This document shows, one piece after another, positions 20,802 through 30,909 of a DNA stretch of 64,000 nt. The first letter of the stretch is position 1; every line of letters begins with the position of its first letter. Position numbers and translations under genes: made by a program. The notes under the pieces were generated by a model. It worked only from the letters and a program-made list of their open reading frames with translations, was not told the DNA's origin and searched no databases. Source of the stretch: Thermoanaerobaculia bacterium (lineage in GTDB: Bacteria > Acidobacteriota > Thermoanaerobaculia > UBA5066). Location of the stretch: positions 64,001 through 128,000 of the forward strand of contig CAWFJJ010000008.1 of assembly GCA_963816185.1 (NCBI GenBank), given 5' to 3'.

Positions 20802-21370
20802 CGCGCGCCGCTCGCCGTCCACTCGAAGATTCCCGACCGCACCCAGGCGGTCTCGGCGCTCGTCGGCACGACTCCGAGGGCCACGCCGCTCCCGTAGAGG
20901 CAGCGCACGCGGACCAGAAGCTTCTTGCCGAGCAGGTGGTCGCCCATCGTGAAGAACGGCAGCCCCGGCACTCTCGTGAGCGAGGCCGCTGCCTCCTCGC
21001 GCGTCGGCACGACCCTCGTGTCGAGCAGGCGCTCGTCGAGACGGCGCTCGACGGCGTAGTCGGACGTGACGGGACGGTAGCGGGCCGTCACCGCGTAGCG
21101 CCTCTCGTCCTTGAGGCCGTCGAACCAGAGATTCCGAAACGAAAAGAGGCGCAGCTCCCACTTGACGGTCGTGGGAAGGCCCGAGGCGAGGCGCTGAAGC
21201 ACGTCATCGGGCAGGGCCGGCGAGAGGCGCGTGTCGACGTGCAAGTCGCGTCCCACGACCCACGTCGAAACCCCGGCAACCACCGGGCCGTCGTCGGAAA
21301 TGATCGCCCGGGCCGGGCCCGCCCAGGCGAGAAGGACAGCCAGAAAGGTGGTGGCGGTCGCGCGGCGCAC
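20798..21370 (-). CDS. DUF4390-like periplasmic protein
   Basis: Signal peptide, RLASGLP..., YRPVTSDY; position upstream of ntrY matches the known gene order. Confidence 0.75.
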   Translation of the reverse strand: MRRATATTFLAVLLAWAGPARAIISDDGPVVAGVSTWVVGRDLHVDTRLSPALPDDVLQRLASGLPTTVKWELRLFSFRNLWFDGLKDERRYAVTARYRPVTSDYAVERRLDERLLDTRVVPTREEAAASLTRVPGLPFFTMGDHLLGKKLLVRVRCLYGSGVALGVVPTSAETAWVRSGIFEWTASGAR

Positions 21371-21402
21371 CCCCCGACTTTAGCGGGTCGGCTCTGTTCC
21401 GG

Positions 21403-22290
21403 TCAGATTCGTGCGCTCAGACCCGCCGCGTGCGCCTGTGTCCCCGCAGGGGTCGCGAAGACCGTGCGGCTTTCCTCGCGCAGAAGGCGTGCGAGAGCTG
21501 CGTGCATCGCGTGGCCGGCCTTGTGCGCGACGACGTGGCCGAGCACCGGGCGTCCCACGAGCGCGAGATCACCGAGGAGATCGAGGGCCTTGTGGCGCAC
21601 GAACTCGTCCGCGAAGCGCAGGTTGCCGTTCTCGACGCGGTCGTCGCCGACCACGATGCAGTTGTCCTCCCGCGCTCCCCGAGCAAGGCCGTGCGCCTTG
21701 AGCATCTCGTACTCGGCGAGGAACCCGAACGTGCGGGCCGGTGCGATGTGCGCGGCGTAGGACTCGGGCGTGAGGACCACGGTGATCGACTGCCGGCCGA
21801 CGGCGGGGTTCGGGAAATCGATCGTGTACGTCACGCGCAGGTCGCGGGCGGGGCGAATCTCGATCTTCCTGCCGCCCGACTCGGCGATGGCGACGACGCG
21901 TGACGGGACGAACGGGACGGCGCGCGCGTTCAGTGCGACGAGGCCGGCGGTCTCGAAGGCGTCGAGCCAGGGGAGCGCGCTGCCGTCGAGGATGGGGATC
22001 TCGGGGCCGTCGACCTCCACGAGCAGGTTGTCGAGGCCCGCGCCCACGGCCGCGGAAAGCAGGTGCTCCACGGTGGCGACGTCGCGGCCGTGCTCGCCGA
22101 GGGACGTCGCGTGGTCGAAGCGTCCTGCCGCCTCGGCGACGGCCGGAATGAAGGCGTCGACATCGGACCGGTAGAAGACGATCCCGTGGTCTGCGCGGGC
22201 CGGATGCAGAACCACCCGGACGTGCCGACCCGTGTGCAGGCCGATTCCAGCCAGCCGGACGCGCCGGACGAGGGTGCTCTGGGCGCGCAT
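21403..22290 (-). CDS. lpxC: UDP-3-O-acyl-N-acetylglucosamine deacetylase
   Basis: GIGLHTG, TVEHLLSA, PILDGSA, ARTFGF, HKALDLLGDL. Confidence 0.96.
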   Translation of the reverse strand: MRAQSTLVRRVRLAGIGLHTGRHVRVVLHPARADHGIVFYRSDVDAFIPAVAEAAGRFDHATSLGEHGRDVATVEHLLSAAVGAGLDNLLVEVDGPEIPILDGSALPWLDAFETAGLVALNARAVPFVPSRVVAIAESGGRKIEIRPARDLRVTYTIDFPNPAVGRQSITVVLTPESYAAHIAPARTFGFLAEYEMLKAHGLARGAREDNCIVVGDDRVENGNLRFADEFVRHKALDLLGDLALVGRPVLGHVVAHKAGHAMHAALARLLREESRTVFATPAGTQAHAAGLSARI

Positions 22291-22303
22291 TCAGGCCGGG
22301 AAG

Positions 22304-22319
22304 TGCACGGGGGATGCCA
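22304..22319 (-). promoter_or_regulatory. Putative sigma-54 promoter of the lpxC operon
   Basis: Minus strand reads TGGCATCCCCCGTGCA (GG-N10-GC), ending 13 nt before the lpxC ATG. Confidence 0.5.
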
Positions 22320-22495
22320 CGGCCCAGACACGTTTTTCCTCGGGATTTCGCGTATCACGGCCTCCTGCGGAGACAAAGGGTGTGGCGGAAACCCCTCACC
22401 TGCGGCTTTTCCGTCACACCGCCCGGCGAGAGGCCCGGCGAGAGCCGTTCGCGCAGAATGGCGGCTGATATCCTCGTCGCTTCGGGGAGGCTGCC

Positions 22496-24229
22496 GTGCT
22501 CGCGCCCGCTGAGGAGAAGTACTATCAGGACTTTCTCGCCGTGCTCGGCCAGAAGTGGAGGCCGGCCAAGGCGGCTTTCTACACGCTCGATCCCGCGAGC
22601 GACACGTTTCGCCTGAAGGCGCAGTTCGGCTTCGGACGCACGGACCATCTCGCCGAGCGCCTCGGCCGCAACGACGCGCTCGTCAATCACCTCTACGAGC
22701 ACCGCGAGCCCACCTTCGTCAACAACGTGAACCTCGCGGGAAAGCTGACGGACGCGATGGTCCAGGCGACGTCCACGCACCTGCTCCTGGCCCCTCTCTA
22801 CCTCGACGGGCGAATCATGGGGCTCGTCGACGTGCGCGAGAAGGCCGGCCGCCAGGGCTTTTCGCAGGACGACGTGCTCGAGATTTCCGACCTCCTGCGC
22901 CGCTTCGCGATCGAGCTGCGCCGCATCGCGGATGCGCGCAGCGAAAGCATGATTTTCTCCGAGGCTGCGCCACAGATCGAACGTCCGCTCGACCGCACGC
23001 CCGCCGTGACGGCTCCCCCCTCCCCGCTCGAGCGCACGTCGGGCTTCTCGACGGCGCAGCTCAGCACGTCAGGCATCCATCGGCGGCCCGCGGCGTCGGT
23101 GGCCGATCCCGAGGTCGACATGACGCTCCCGAGCGCGATCGCGCGGGCGAATCGTCTCGTCGAGGAGACGCTCTCGCGCAGCGCACCCGCGAAGGTCGCC
23201 GCGGCGGCGGGCGGCGGTCTCACGCCGCACGAGGCCGAATTCATCGCCCTGTACCTTCCCACGTGTCTCAGCTACGAAGAGGTCGAGGTGGCCGCCGTCT
23301 CCTCCTTCGTGCCCGGGGGAGCGACCGTCGCGATCGCGGCGAGGCGTCCGCTCGATCCGGATATCGCGCCCGCGCTCCTCGAGAACCTCGAGAAGATCTT
23401 CGCGAAGACGGCCGTCCCGTTCCCGTTCACGTCCGATCCGTCCTGGCGGCCTCTCGACACGCCCCACGCGGACGCGCCCGCGATACGCCGGGCCGAGATC
23501 GTCTCCATCCAGTCGAGCGTTCTCGACAGCTCGACGGAGGGCGTCGTCCTGTTCTCGCTTCTGTTCCGTCACGGACCGAACCCCGAGGTCCGCGAGGCGC
23601 TGCGCGCGGCGCACGTGGTCCTCCGAAACGTCCTCGCCGGCAACCGCAGCGAGGCCCGCTTCCGCGAGGCGTACCGGGGGCTCGTCAACAAGCTCCTCGA
23701 GCCCGGCCTGCTGAAGCGCACCGCCCTGAAGACGCACTGTTTCAACGTGGGCCGAATGGCCCGCAAGCTCGCCGCCCAGCTCGGCGTGACGCCGATGGAG
23801 GTCGAGCAGATCACCGTGGCCGGAATCCTCCACGACGTCGGCATGCGCGAGCTCAGCTACGAGACGATCTACACCAAGCGCACGCTGACCGACGAGGAGA
23901 TGACCCTCGTGCGCCAGCATCCGCGCGTCGGGGCGTTTCTCGTCGAGGACATTCCGTGGCCGTACCCGATCGCCCCGCTCATCCGGCACCACCACGAGCG
24001 GTGGGACGGCGGCGGCTATCCCGACGGCCTGAAGGGCGACGAGATCCCGCTCGGCTCGCGCCTCATCCATCTGTGCGAAGCGTTCGACGCCATGACGTCT
24101 CCGACCTCGTACCGCGCCGTCCTGTCGGATTACCAGGCCATCGACATCCTCGACTCGAAGGCGGGCACGCAGTTCGATCCCGAGCTCACGCCCGAGTTCA
24201 AGCGGATGGTCGCGGACGCGTCGGACTGA
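22496..24229 (+). CDS. GAF + HD-GYP cyclic di-GMP phosphodiesterase-like protein
   Basis: LHDVG, HHERWDGGGYPDGLKG, FDAMTS, GTQFDP; N-terminal GAF-like segment. Confidence 0.88.
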   Translation: MLAPAEEKYYQDFLAVLGQKWRPAKAAFYTLDPASDTFRLKAQFGFGRTDHLAERLGRNDALVNHLYEHREPTFVNNVNLAGKLTDAMVQATSTHLLLAPLYLDGRIMGLVDVREKAGRQGFSQDDVLEISDLLRRFAIELRRIADARSESMIFSEAAPQIERPLDRTPAVTAPPSPLERTSGFSTAQLSTSGIHRRPAASVADPEVDMTLPSAIARANRLVEETLSRSAPAKVAAAAGGGLTPHEAEFIALYLPTCLSYEEVEVAAVSSFVPGGATVAIAARRPLDPDIAPALLENLEKIFAKTAVPFPFTSDPSWRPLDTPHADAPAIRRAEIVSIQSSVLDSSTEGVVLFSLLFRHGPNPEVREALRAAHVVLRNVLAGNRSEARFREAYRGLVNKLLEPGLLKRTALKTHCFNVGRMARKLAAQLGVTPMEVEQITVAGILHDVGMRELSYETIYTKRTLTDEEMTLVRQHPRVGAFLVEDIPWPYPIAPLIRHHHERWDGGGYPDGLKGDEIPLGSRLIHLCEAFDAMTSPTSYRAVLSDYQAIDILDSKAGTQFDPELTPEFKRMVADASD

Positions 24230-24242
24230 CCGGGGGCCTTCC

Positions 24243-24761
24243 GTGAAGTCCCGGATCGAGAGGCTGGGCGAGAAGGCGGCCGCGCGCGCGGCCCAGAAGA
24301 ACGCCGGGAACCGCCCGATCGCGTCGAACCGGCGCGCGTTCCACGAGTACAACATCGAGGAGAAGCTCGAGGCCGGCGTCGCGCTGACCGGCACCGAGGT
24401 GAAATCCCTGCGCGAAGGCAGGGCCAGTCTGCAGGACGGGTACGTGGCGGTGACCGGCGGGGAGGCCTGGCTGTGGAACGTCCACATCCCGCCTTACGGG
24501 GCGGGCAGCTACAACAACGTCGACTCGAAGCGGAACCGCAAGCTCCTCCTCCACAAACGCGAGATCGTCCGCCTCGGCTCGAAGATCCAGCGGTCGGGCG
24601 CCACGTGCGTGCCCCTCAATCTCTATTTCAAGGGCTCGCGGGTCAAAGTCGAGATCGCGCTCGTGACCGGCAAGAAGCTGCACGACAAGCGCGAGACGAT
24701 CCGCCGCCGCGAGGCCGACCGCGAAGCGCGCGCCGAGATGAAGTCCGCGCGGCGGCGATAG
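24243..24761 (+). CDS. smpB: SsrA-binding protein
   Basis: NRRAFHEY, EAGVALTGTEVKSLR, RKLLLHKREI, GKKLHDKRE. Confidence 0.97.
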   Translation: MKSRIERLGEKAAARAAQKNAGNRPIASNRRAFHEYNIEEKLEAGVALTGTEVKSLREGRASLQDGYVAVTGGEAWLWNVHIPPYGAGSYNNVDSKRNRKLLLHKREIVRLGSKIQRSGATCVPLNLYFKGSRVKVEIALVTGKKLHDKRETIRRREADREARAEMKSARRR

Positions 24762-24767
24762 ACACGG

Positions 24768-26699
24768 ATGCGCGGGGATCGGTTCCCCCGTCTTTTGAAG
24801 CTCGACCGGGGCGATCTCGGCGCGCTCGTTCTCGCGCTCCTCTACGCGATCGTTTTCAGCGTCCTGTCGCTGCTCCGTCACGCGGCGTTCGAGACGCATG
24901 CGTTCGACCTCGGTCTTCACCATCAGGCGACATGGAACACCCTTCACGGACGGTTCTTCCAGTACACCCTTCACGCCATGGATCGCTACGACCTGCCGAT
25001 CCTTCTCGGCGACCACGTCAACCTCATCCTCCTTCTCGCGCTTCCGTTCTACCGGCTCTTCGAGGGAGCGGGGACCCTTCTCGTCCTTCAGTCCCTGGTC
25101 ATCGGAAGCGCGGCGTTCCCCCTTTTCCGGGTCGCCCGCGAGGTGACGGGTGGCACGGCGGCTGCGCTGCTGCTCGTCACCGCCTATCTTCTCAACCCGG
25201 CGCTTCACGCCGCGAATCTCTTCGACTTCCACGCGATCGTCCCCGGGGCGGCGTTCCTCGTCTGGGCCCTCTCGCGGGCGCAGGCGGGTGGCACCTGGAG
25301 CCTCGCCGTCGCGGTGGCTCTCGCCCTCCTCTGCCAGGAGAACGTCGCGCTCGCCGTGGTCTGTCTCGGCATCGCCGTGTTCCTACTTGGGCGACGCCGT
25401 GCGGGTGTAGGCGTCGCCGCAGCGGGAGTCGCGTGGTTCGTCCTCTGCTTCTATGTCCTCCTCCCGCATTTCAATCCGGGAATAGGCTCCATCTACGTTT
25501 CGCGCTATAGCGAGTTCGGCGGCACTCCCTCCGCCGTCGTGCTCGGCCTCCTTCGCAACCCGTCCCGCCTCGTCTCGCGCCTCCTCGAGCCCGGAACGCG
25601 CGACTGGCTCTTCTCCTTATTTGCGCCGTTCGGATTCGTCCCGCTCCTGGCGCCGCAGATCCTGATCGTCGGAGCAAGCGAGCTGTTCCTCAACCTGCTC
25701 TCGTCCTTCCCGCTCCAGCGGACGATCGACTTCCAGTACACGGCCATCCTCCTGGCCGCGGCCGCGCTGGCCTCGCCGTGGGGAACGAGAGCGATCGCGC
25801 GCCCGATCGGCTCCCGGTTCCGCCTCAACCCCCGGATGGCCGCGGCGATCGTCGCCGGGCTCGTCCTCGTCTGCACGGTCGGGTTCCAAGTCGTCCGCTG
25901 GAGCACCCTTCGAATCCTCGCGGATCCCTACCGGACGTCTTATCGCGTGACGGACCATGACCGGATGGCGCCCCGTTTTCTGGACGCGATCCCGCCGGGA
26001 GCGACCGTCTCGGCCCAGGATGCCATCGTGCCGCATCTCAACCGTCCCGTGATCTGGTGGTTCCCGCAGGTGCGGAACGCCGACGCCGTCCTCCTCGACC
26101 TTTCGGGAGGGATCTTCCCCGTTGCCCTCTTCCGTCTTCGCGGGCAGTCCCCGGAGGCCAGCTACTACGAGTACGTACAGCGCCTCCTCGCCCACGGGGC
26201 CTATCGGATCGAGGACGCAGCCGACGGCTGGCTTCGCCTCTCCCGCGCGCGCGGGCTCCCTCCGGCCGACGCCATCCGGCCGGGCGCGGACGGCGGTCCT
26301 CCTCCCGTCCTCTTCCGCGCGGGGGTGCGGATCCTCGATGCCCCGGTTCTCGCGACGGCCTCCGCGCGCATGCCGCTCGTCGTCGAGATCGAAAACCTCT
26401 CCGAGGCGGTCTTCTTCTCCCGCGCCGAGGCGCCCGCCGGGTACGCCACCGGCGTGGCGGCTTACTGGATCGATCCGGTCGCAGGCACCGGAGTCGACCG
26501 CGGAGAACGCCTCTGGCTTCCGGTGCGCGTCGACCCAGGAAAGCGCGCGACGATCGAGGGCGAGGTGACGGCGCCGGCGGAGCCAGGGTTCTGGCTTCTC
26601 TATCTCGACGTCGTCACCGACCGCGTGGCCCGCTTCAGCGAGAAAGGCTCGCCGACCGCCTCGATGCCGGTGACAATCACGCCCGCCCCGGCGCCGTGA
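24768..26699 (+). CDS. DUF2079-type GT-C membrane glycosyltransferase with C-terminal Ig-like domain
   Basis: AFDLG..Q, LGDH, LLVLQ, FDFH, QEN, FQY motifs; multiple TM helices; C-terminal AP..PG...L..D.V. Confidence 0.8.
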   Translation: MRGDRFPRLLKLDRGDLGALVLALLYAIVFSVLSLLRHAAFETHAFDLGLHHQATWNTLHGRFFQYTLHAMDRYDLPILLGDHVNLILLLALPFYRLFEGAGTLLVLQSLVIGSAAFPLFRVAREVTGGTAAALLLVTAYLLNPALHAANLFDFHAIVPGAAFLVWALSRAQAGGTWSLAVAVALALLCQENVALAVVCLGIAVFLLGRRRAGVGVAAAGVAWFVLCFYVLLPHFNPGIGSIYVSRYSEFGGTPSAVVLGLLRNPSRLVSRLLEPGTRDWLFSLFAPFGFVPLLAPQILIVGASELFLNLLSSFPLQRTIDFQYTAILLAAAALASPWGTRAIARPIGSRFRLNPRMAAAIVAGLVLVCTVGFQVVRWSTLRILADPYRTSYRVTDHDRMAPRFLDAIPPGATVSAQDAIVPHLNRPVIWWFPQVRNADAVLLDLSGGIFPVALFRLRGQSPEASYYEYVQRLLAHGAYRIEDAADGWLRLSRARGLPPADAIRPGADGGPPPVLFRAGVRILDAPVLATASARMPLVVEIENLSEAVFFSRAEAPAGYATGVAAYWIDPVAGTGVDRGERLWLPVRVDPGKRATIEGEVTAPAEPGFWLLYLDVVTDRVARFSEKGSPTASMPVTITPAPAP

Positions 26700-26822
26700 T
26701 CTCCCCAATCCGCAACGGCGATCAAGTTTGCCGGCCGGCGTTGAACTTCCTGGCCCATCCTCACGGCCAGAAACAGCAGTAGTGCAGAGTCAGGACGGTC
26801 GTACAATAAGAACGATCATTCC

Positions 26823-28508
26823 GTGGCTAGAGATGGGAAAGCGCTTCGCGCAGGCCTTCTTCTGGTGGCACTCTGCGTTCTCGCGCAGACCCTCTACGCA
26901 ATGTGGCTGAACACGCTGCTGTACGCGCGGACCGGACCGTTCTACGATTCCATGAGCTACCTGTACGACTACGCGACGATACGGACCGTGTCGCGAGACC
27001 AGGGCATCCAGGCAGGGCTCAAACTGGCATTCCACTCCGGCACGGTCTCGCTGCCGTGGATCTTCACTGCCTTATTCAGCCCCATCCTGCCATTGTCCCG
27101 GCACGGCGGCATCTGGTTTCAGGAGATCTGGGTGCTGTCGCTGGGGTGGTCCGTCTTCTTCTATCTGACGCGATATCGCCGTCTTCCGGCCGTCCGCGCG
27201 TTTTGCCTGACGCTGCCGTTTCTCGCGTTCCGCACGGTCTTCGCCGCCAATGGAGGTGTCTCGGATTTCCGGATGGACTTGATGTTGTATTTGCTGCTCT
27301 CCAACATGGGGGTGTGGTATCTGGTCACGTATGAGACGGCATCGTGGGGACCATGGGCGGCCAGCGGGCTGTTCCTTCTGTTGGCCATTCTGAACCGCGC
27401 CACATCTCCGGTTTATATGGTGGCGATGTTCGGGCCGTTGCTGGCGGCGCGGGTATTATTTGGCTCCCGGGCCGAACGGGACCACGTGGTGACGCGCGTG
27501 CTGGCATGCTGGGGCCCGCCCGCTGTTGTCGGCTCGTTCGTTCTGATATCGAACTTCGAGCTGCTCCACTATTACTATTTTGTGTGGGGCGCCGATCCGA
27601 ACGCGCATCTACCGCTGTCTCGGAGCCTGGGCCACGTGCTGCTGGCCGGCTCCAGCATCGGAGTTCCGTTGACGCTCGTCGGTGTCCCTGCGCTGTTCCT
27701 GCACCTGTGGGATGGGGGATCGGCGCTTGGCCGCAGTTGGCGGAACTGGGCGAAGGCGCTGGATTGGAGAGTGCTGTGGCTGGGGACGGCGCCGGTGCTC
27801 ATGTTGGTGATTCGGGGTGCTGGGCTGAATCCCTTTGTCTCCATGCCCGCGGTGTTTGGCTGGCTGCTGTTCTGCTGGCTCCCCTTTGCACGAGATCTCG
27901 GGGGCCGCTCCTTGAGCCGCAACGTGATGGCCGCGCTGGTTGTGGCGGCCTGCCTGGCGAACGCCGCCCAGGGCTACTGGATGCACGTGAATCCGCCGGG
28001 GCTGGCTCCGGCGATGCCGGCGCTACGCCGCGCGGTGGACCTGATGCGCGATGACACGCTGCGCGGGGGAAGGACTCTGGCCCGCTTCGCCACCGCGCAC
28101 ATCGCGGATTTTGATGCGCTGGGCTTGCGCAGCGTGCTGGTTTTCGAGTTTGGCGCCGCGCCGCGGAACAACGCGTTGACCTATGGGGACGTGACTTTTC
28201 GTGCCGAGGACACGGGTCAGTTCGGCCCTGCGGTACGTGCCTCCTGGGACCGCGACGTGGCCGGACGCAACGACGAAGAGAAGCTGGCGACGCTGGTTTC
28301 TCTTGCCTCTAAAGATCTCGACTACGTCTTTCTGCCGGACGCGCGGTCGCTCGACTGGCTGGAGAAGAACCGCGCTTTCAACTTCGCGAACACGAAGACG
28401 CGGGCGTTGAAGTCGAGGCTGCTGGCGACCGGACAATGGGAGCCGCTGGGAGAGCCGCTGGTAGCGTCGGCGAACGAGACCGTGCAGCTCTACCGGAGGC
28501 GCCGGTAA
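26823..28508 (+). CDS. Polytopic membrane protein, putative GT-C glycosyltransferase
   Basis: About 10 TM helices, FYDS after TM1, DFRMD loop, soluble C-terminal domain; lower GC; true start may be ATG 26833 with an indel. Confidence 0.6.
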   Translation: MARDGKALRAGLLLVALCVLAQTLYAMWLNTLLYARTGPFYDSMSYLYDYATIRTVSRDQGIQAGLKLAFHSGTVSLPWIFTALFSPILPLSRHGGIWFQEIWVLSLGWSVFFYLTRYRRLPAVRAFCLTLPFLAFRTVFAANGGVSDFRMDLMLYLLLSNMGVWYLVTYETASWGPWAASGLFLLLAILNRATSPVYMVAMFGPLLAARVLFGSRAERDHVVTRVLACWGPPAVVGSFVLISNFELLHYYYFVWGADPNAHLPLSRSLGHVLLAGSSIGVPLTLVGVPALFLHLWDGGSALGRSWRNWAKALDWRVLWLGTAPVLMLVIRGAGLNPFVSMPAVFGWLLFCWLPFARDLGGRSLSRNVMAALVVAACLANAAQGYWMHVNPPGLAPAMPALRRAVDLMRDDTLRGGRTLARFATAHIADFDALGLRSVLVFEFGAAPRNNALTYGDVTFRAEDTGQFGPAVRASWDRDVAGRNDEEKLATLVSLASKDLDYVFLPDARSLDWLEKNRAFNFANTKTRALKSRLLATGQWEPLGEPLVASANETVQLYRRRR

Positions 28509-28775
28509 CGGGCGGTTGCCGAAGGCTGGGCTCGGCGCAGCCCGCGGGCCATGGCCCGGCATGTCCGAGCCTCGCGAGGACCCGGCGAGTTGACGAAAAC
28601 TGCGCGGTGTTCCCCTGCTGGCCACCGAATTTTGGCAGCGCTGGTCCTCCGAGATGCCGAACCAGGCGCCGGAAGCGGGCTCGCCGGTGACGCCCTCACA
28701 GAGTAAGATCAACATAACGTTAGGGTTCCGCACTTCATGGCGAAGATCTCACTTTCGGGCGCCCGGCAGGGGTTG

Positions 28776-28793
28776 CGGCAAGGACTGTGAATA
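28776..28793 (+). promoter_or_regulatory. Conserved upstream motif, copy 1 (CGGCAAGGACTGTGAATA)
   Basis: 16/18 identical to 33648-33665; both precede transcription units for proteins with the shared C-terminal domain. Confidence 0.55.
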
Positions 28794-28798
28794 CGGGA

Positions 28799-30909
28799 AT
28801 GAATTGGTTTCGGCGTACGGGAAGACGTGTCGCTGCCAACCGTCTCCTCGGCCGCACCCTCCTTGCGGTCGCGGTGGCGGCGGCGCTCGGAATCGCCGCG
28901 CGCGGAATGGCGCCGGCCAGGGCTCCCGAAGCTCTTCGCGGCGGCGACCCGGGCCGAATCGTCGATTTGCCGGGGGACCGCGGTCCGGGTGAGCTCCTGG
29001 AATTCGACGAACGCCTCGTTCCCGCGCTTCTCTCGCTGGCGCCTGAGGCCGAGCTCGACATGGCGGACTGGCCAGTCGCTCCCGGTATCCGACGCACCGT
29101 TCGCCTCGCGCGTCATGACATCTACGCGCCCGGTGCCCGCATGCTCCGCGTCGAGGGCGAGAGCACGAGAGAGCTTCCACGCTCGCGCCTCGTGTTCCTG
29201 TGGGGTACGGACGACGCGGGCGGCGGCGTCCTGGTCTCGATCGACCCCGAGTCGCACACGCTGCAAGGGCACTTCTACGGGCCGGACGGCGTCTACGAGC
29301 TCGCGCCGGACGCTTCCGACCGGAGCGGGCGGCACCTTCTCGCCCGGCCTGTTGTTCCGGAAGGAGCCACGTGGGCGTGCGGCGTGGAGGACTCCCCCGA
29401 GGCGGCGGCTTCATGGCAGCCTTCACCGAAAACGCGAACCGAATCCTTCGCCATCCACCCGAACGTTCTGAACTCGCTCCACAGCGGGGTCGTCGCGATC
29501 GACACCGACAACGAGTACATGGCGTACTGGTCGAACAACACGACGAACGTCACGAACTACATCGCGACTCTCCTCGCTTCGATCAACGTGATGTACGAGC
29601 GCGACCTGAACCTGCGCCTGCTGCAAGGCACGACGGTCCTGCGTGTCTCGACGACTGCGGACCCGTACACGACGACAGGCACGCCCTCGGGGAGCTGTAT
29701 AAGTGGCTCGGGCAACGCGGACTGTCCCCGCCTCGCAGAGTTCACGAACTACTGGAACTCGAACTATCCGAAGTCGACGTATCCGCGCTCCGTCGCGACG
29801 CTGCTGTCCGGCAAGCAGCCGGACTCCAGCTCGGCGTCCGGCATCGCCTGGATCGCGAGCTCGGTCTGCGGAAGCTCCTACGACTACAGCTTCTGCCAGC
29901 TCTTCAAGGTGAGCTACCTCTACGGCGACACCCTCATCGTCGGACACGAGATCGGCCACAACCTCGGCTCGCCCCACACGCACTGCTACGCGGACCCGAA
30001 GCCGGATACGTGCTACGCGGGGGAGTCGGGAACCAACTGCTTCTCGGGGACGCCGAGCTGTCCCGCTCCGCTGATGATCAACGGCTACAACGCGACGGGC
30101 ACGATCATGAGCTACTGCCAGCTCTCGCCCTGCAGCTCCGTCTCGACGCTTGTGTTCCATCCCTCGACGATCTCGCGGTACGTGGGATCCACGCTGGACG
30201 CGGGCGCTTCCTCCGGCTGTCTCGCCGTCGTCGGAGGCTCGACGCCGACCCCGACATCGACGCCCACGCCGACCTGGACGCCAACGCGGACTCCCACGGC
30301 GACCTGGACCCCTACGAGAACCCCGATTCCTACGCCGACGTCCACGCCCACGAGGACCCCGACCTTCACGCCGACGTCCACACCGACGCCTCCGCCCGGG
30401 GCGACGTTCACGCCGACGCCAACGCGGACGCCCACGCCGACTCCGCCTTCCGGATCGACTCTCACGCCGACCCCGACACCCACGCGCACGCCGACGATGA
30501 CGCCGACGCCGACGAGGCCGCCTGTCTCGGGCACGTGGCTCTACACGCTCACGCCCTGCCGCATTCTGGACACGCGCAACCCGGTTGGGCCGCTCGGTGG
30601 ACCCGCGATCGGCGGGGGTTCTCAGCGCACTTTCACGCTCCCGCCCGCGTGCGGGGTTCCGTCCAGCGCAAAGTCCGTTTCGGCGAACGTCACCGTCGTG
30701 AACGCGGGAGCCCAGGGCAACCTCGTCATCTACCCTGCGACGCTCGCCGCGCGCCGAACACGTCGACCATCAGCTTCCGGGCGGGACAGACGCGCGCGAA
30801 CAACGCGCAGCTTCTCCTCTCCACGGACGGCACGGGCCGGATCACGGTGAAGAACAACGCGGCGGGTGCACTCGATCTCGTTCTCGACGTGAACGGCTAC
30901 TTCAAGTGA
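28799..30909 (+). CDS. Secreted M12/reprolysin-like zinc metalloprotease + Pro/Thr linker + shared C-terminal domain (indel near 30750)
   Basis: Signal peptide, prodomain with [20 protein letters not shown] Met-turn; ends DVNGYFK in a second frame. Confidence 0.88.
30240..30520 (+). repeat. Pro/Thr-rich low-complexity linker (TPTPT/TPTRT repeats)
   Basis: Tandem ACGCC(G/C) degenerate repeats encoding about 90 aa of P/T. Confidence 0.9.

Noticed and set aside
24243-24800. tmRNA or integration site beside smpB
   Set aside because: No ssrA-like sequence, integrase or att repeat was recognised; the next gene starts 7 bp after smpB.
28509-28775. Integron attC site or riboswitch in the intergenic region
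   Set aside because: Only short palindromes; no paired RYYYAAC/GTTRRRY boxes with a stem, and no aptamer I can recognise.
30240-30520. CRISPR-like or regulatory tandem repeat
   Set aside because: In-frame Pro/Thr linker codons; no repeat-spacer structure.
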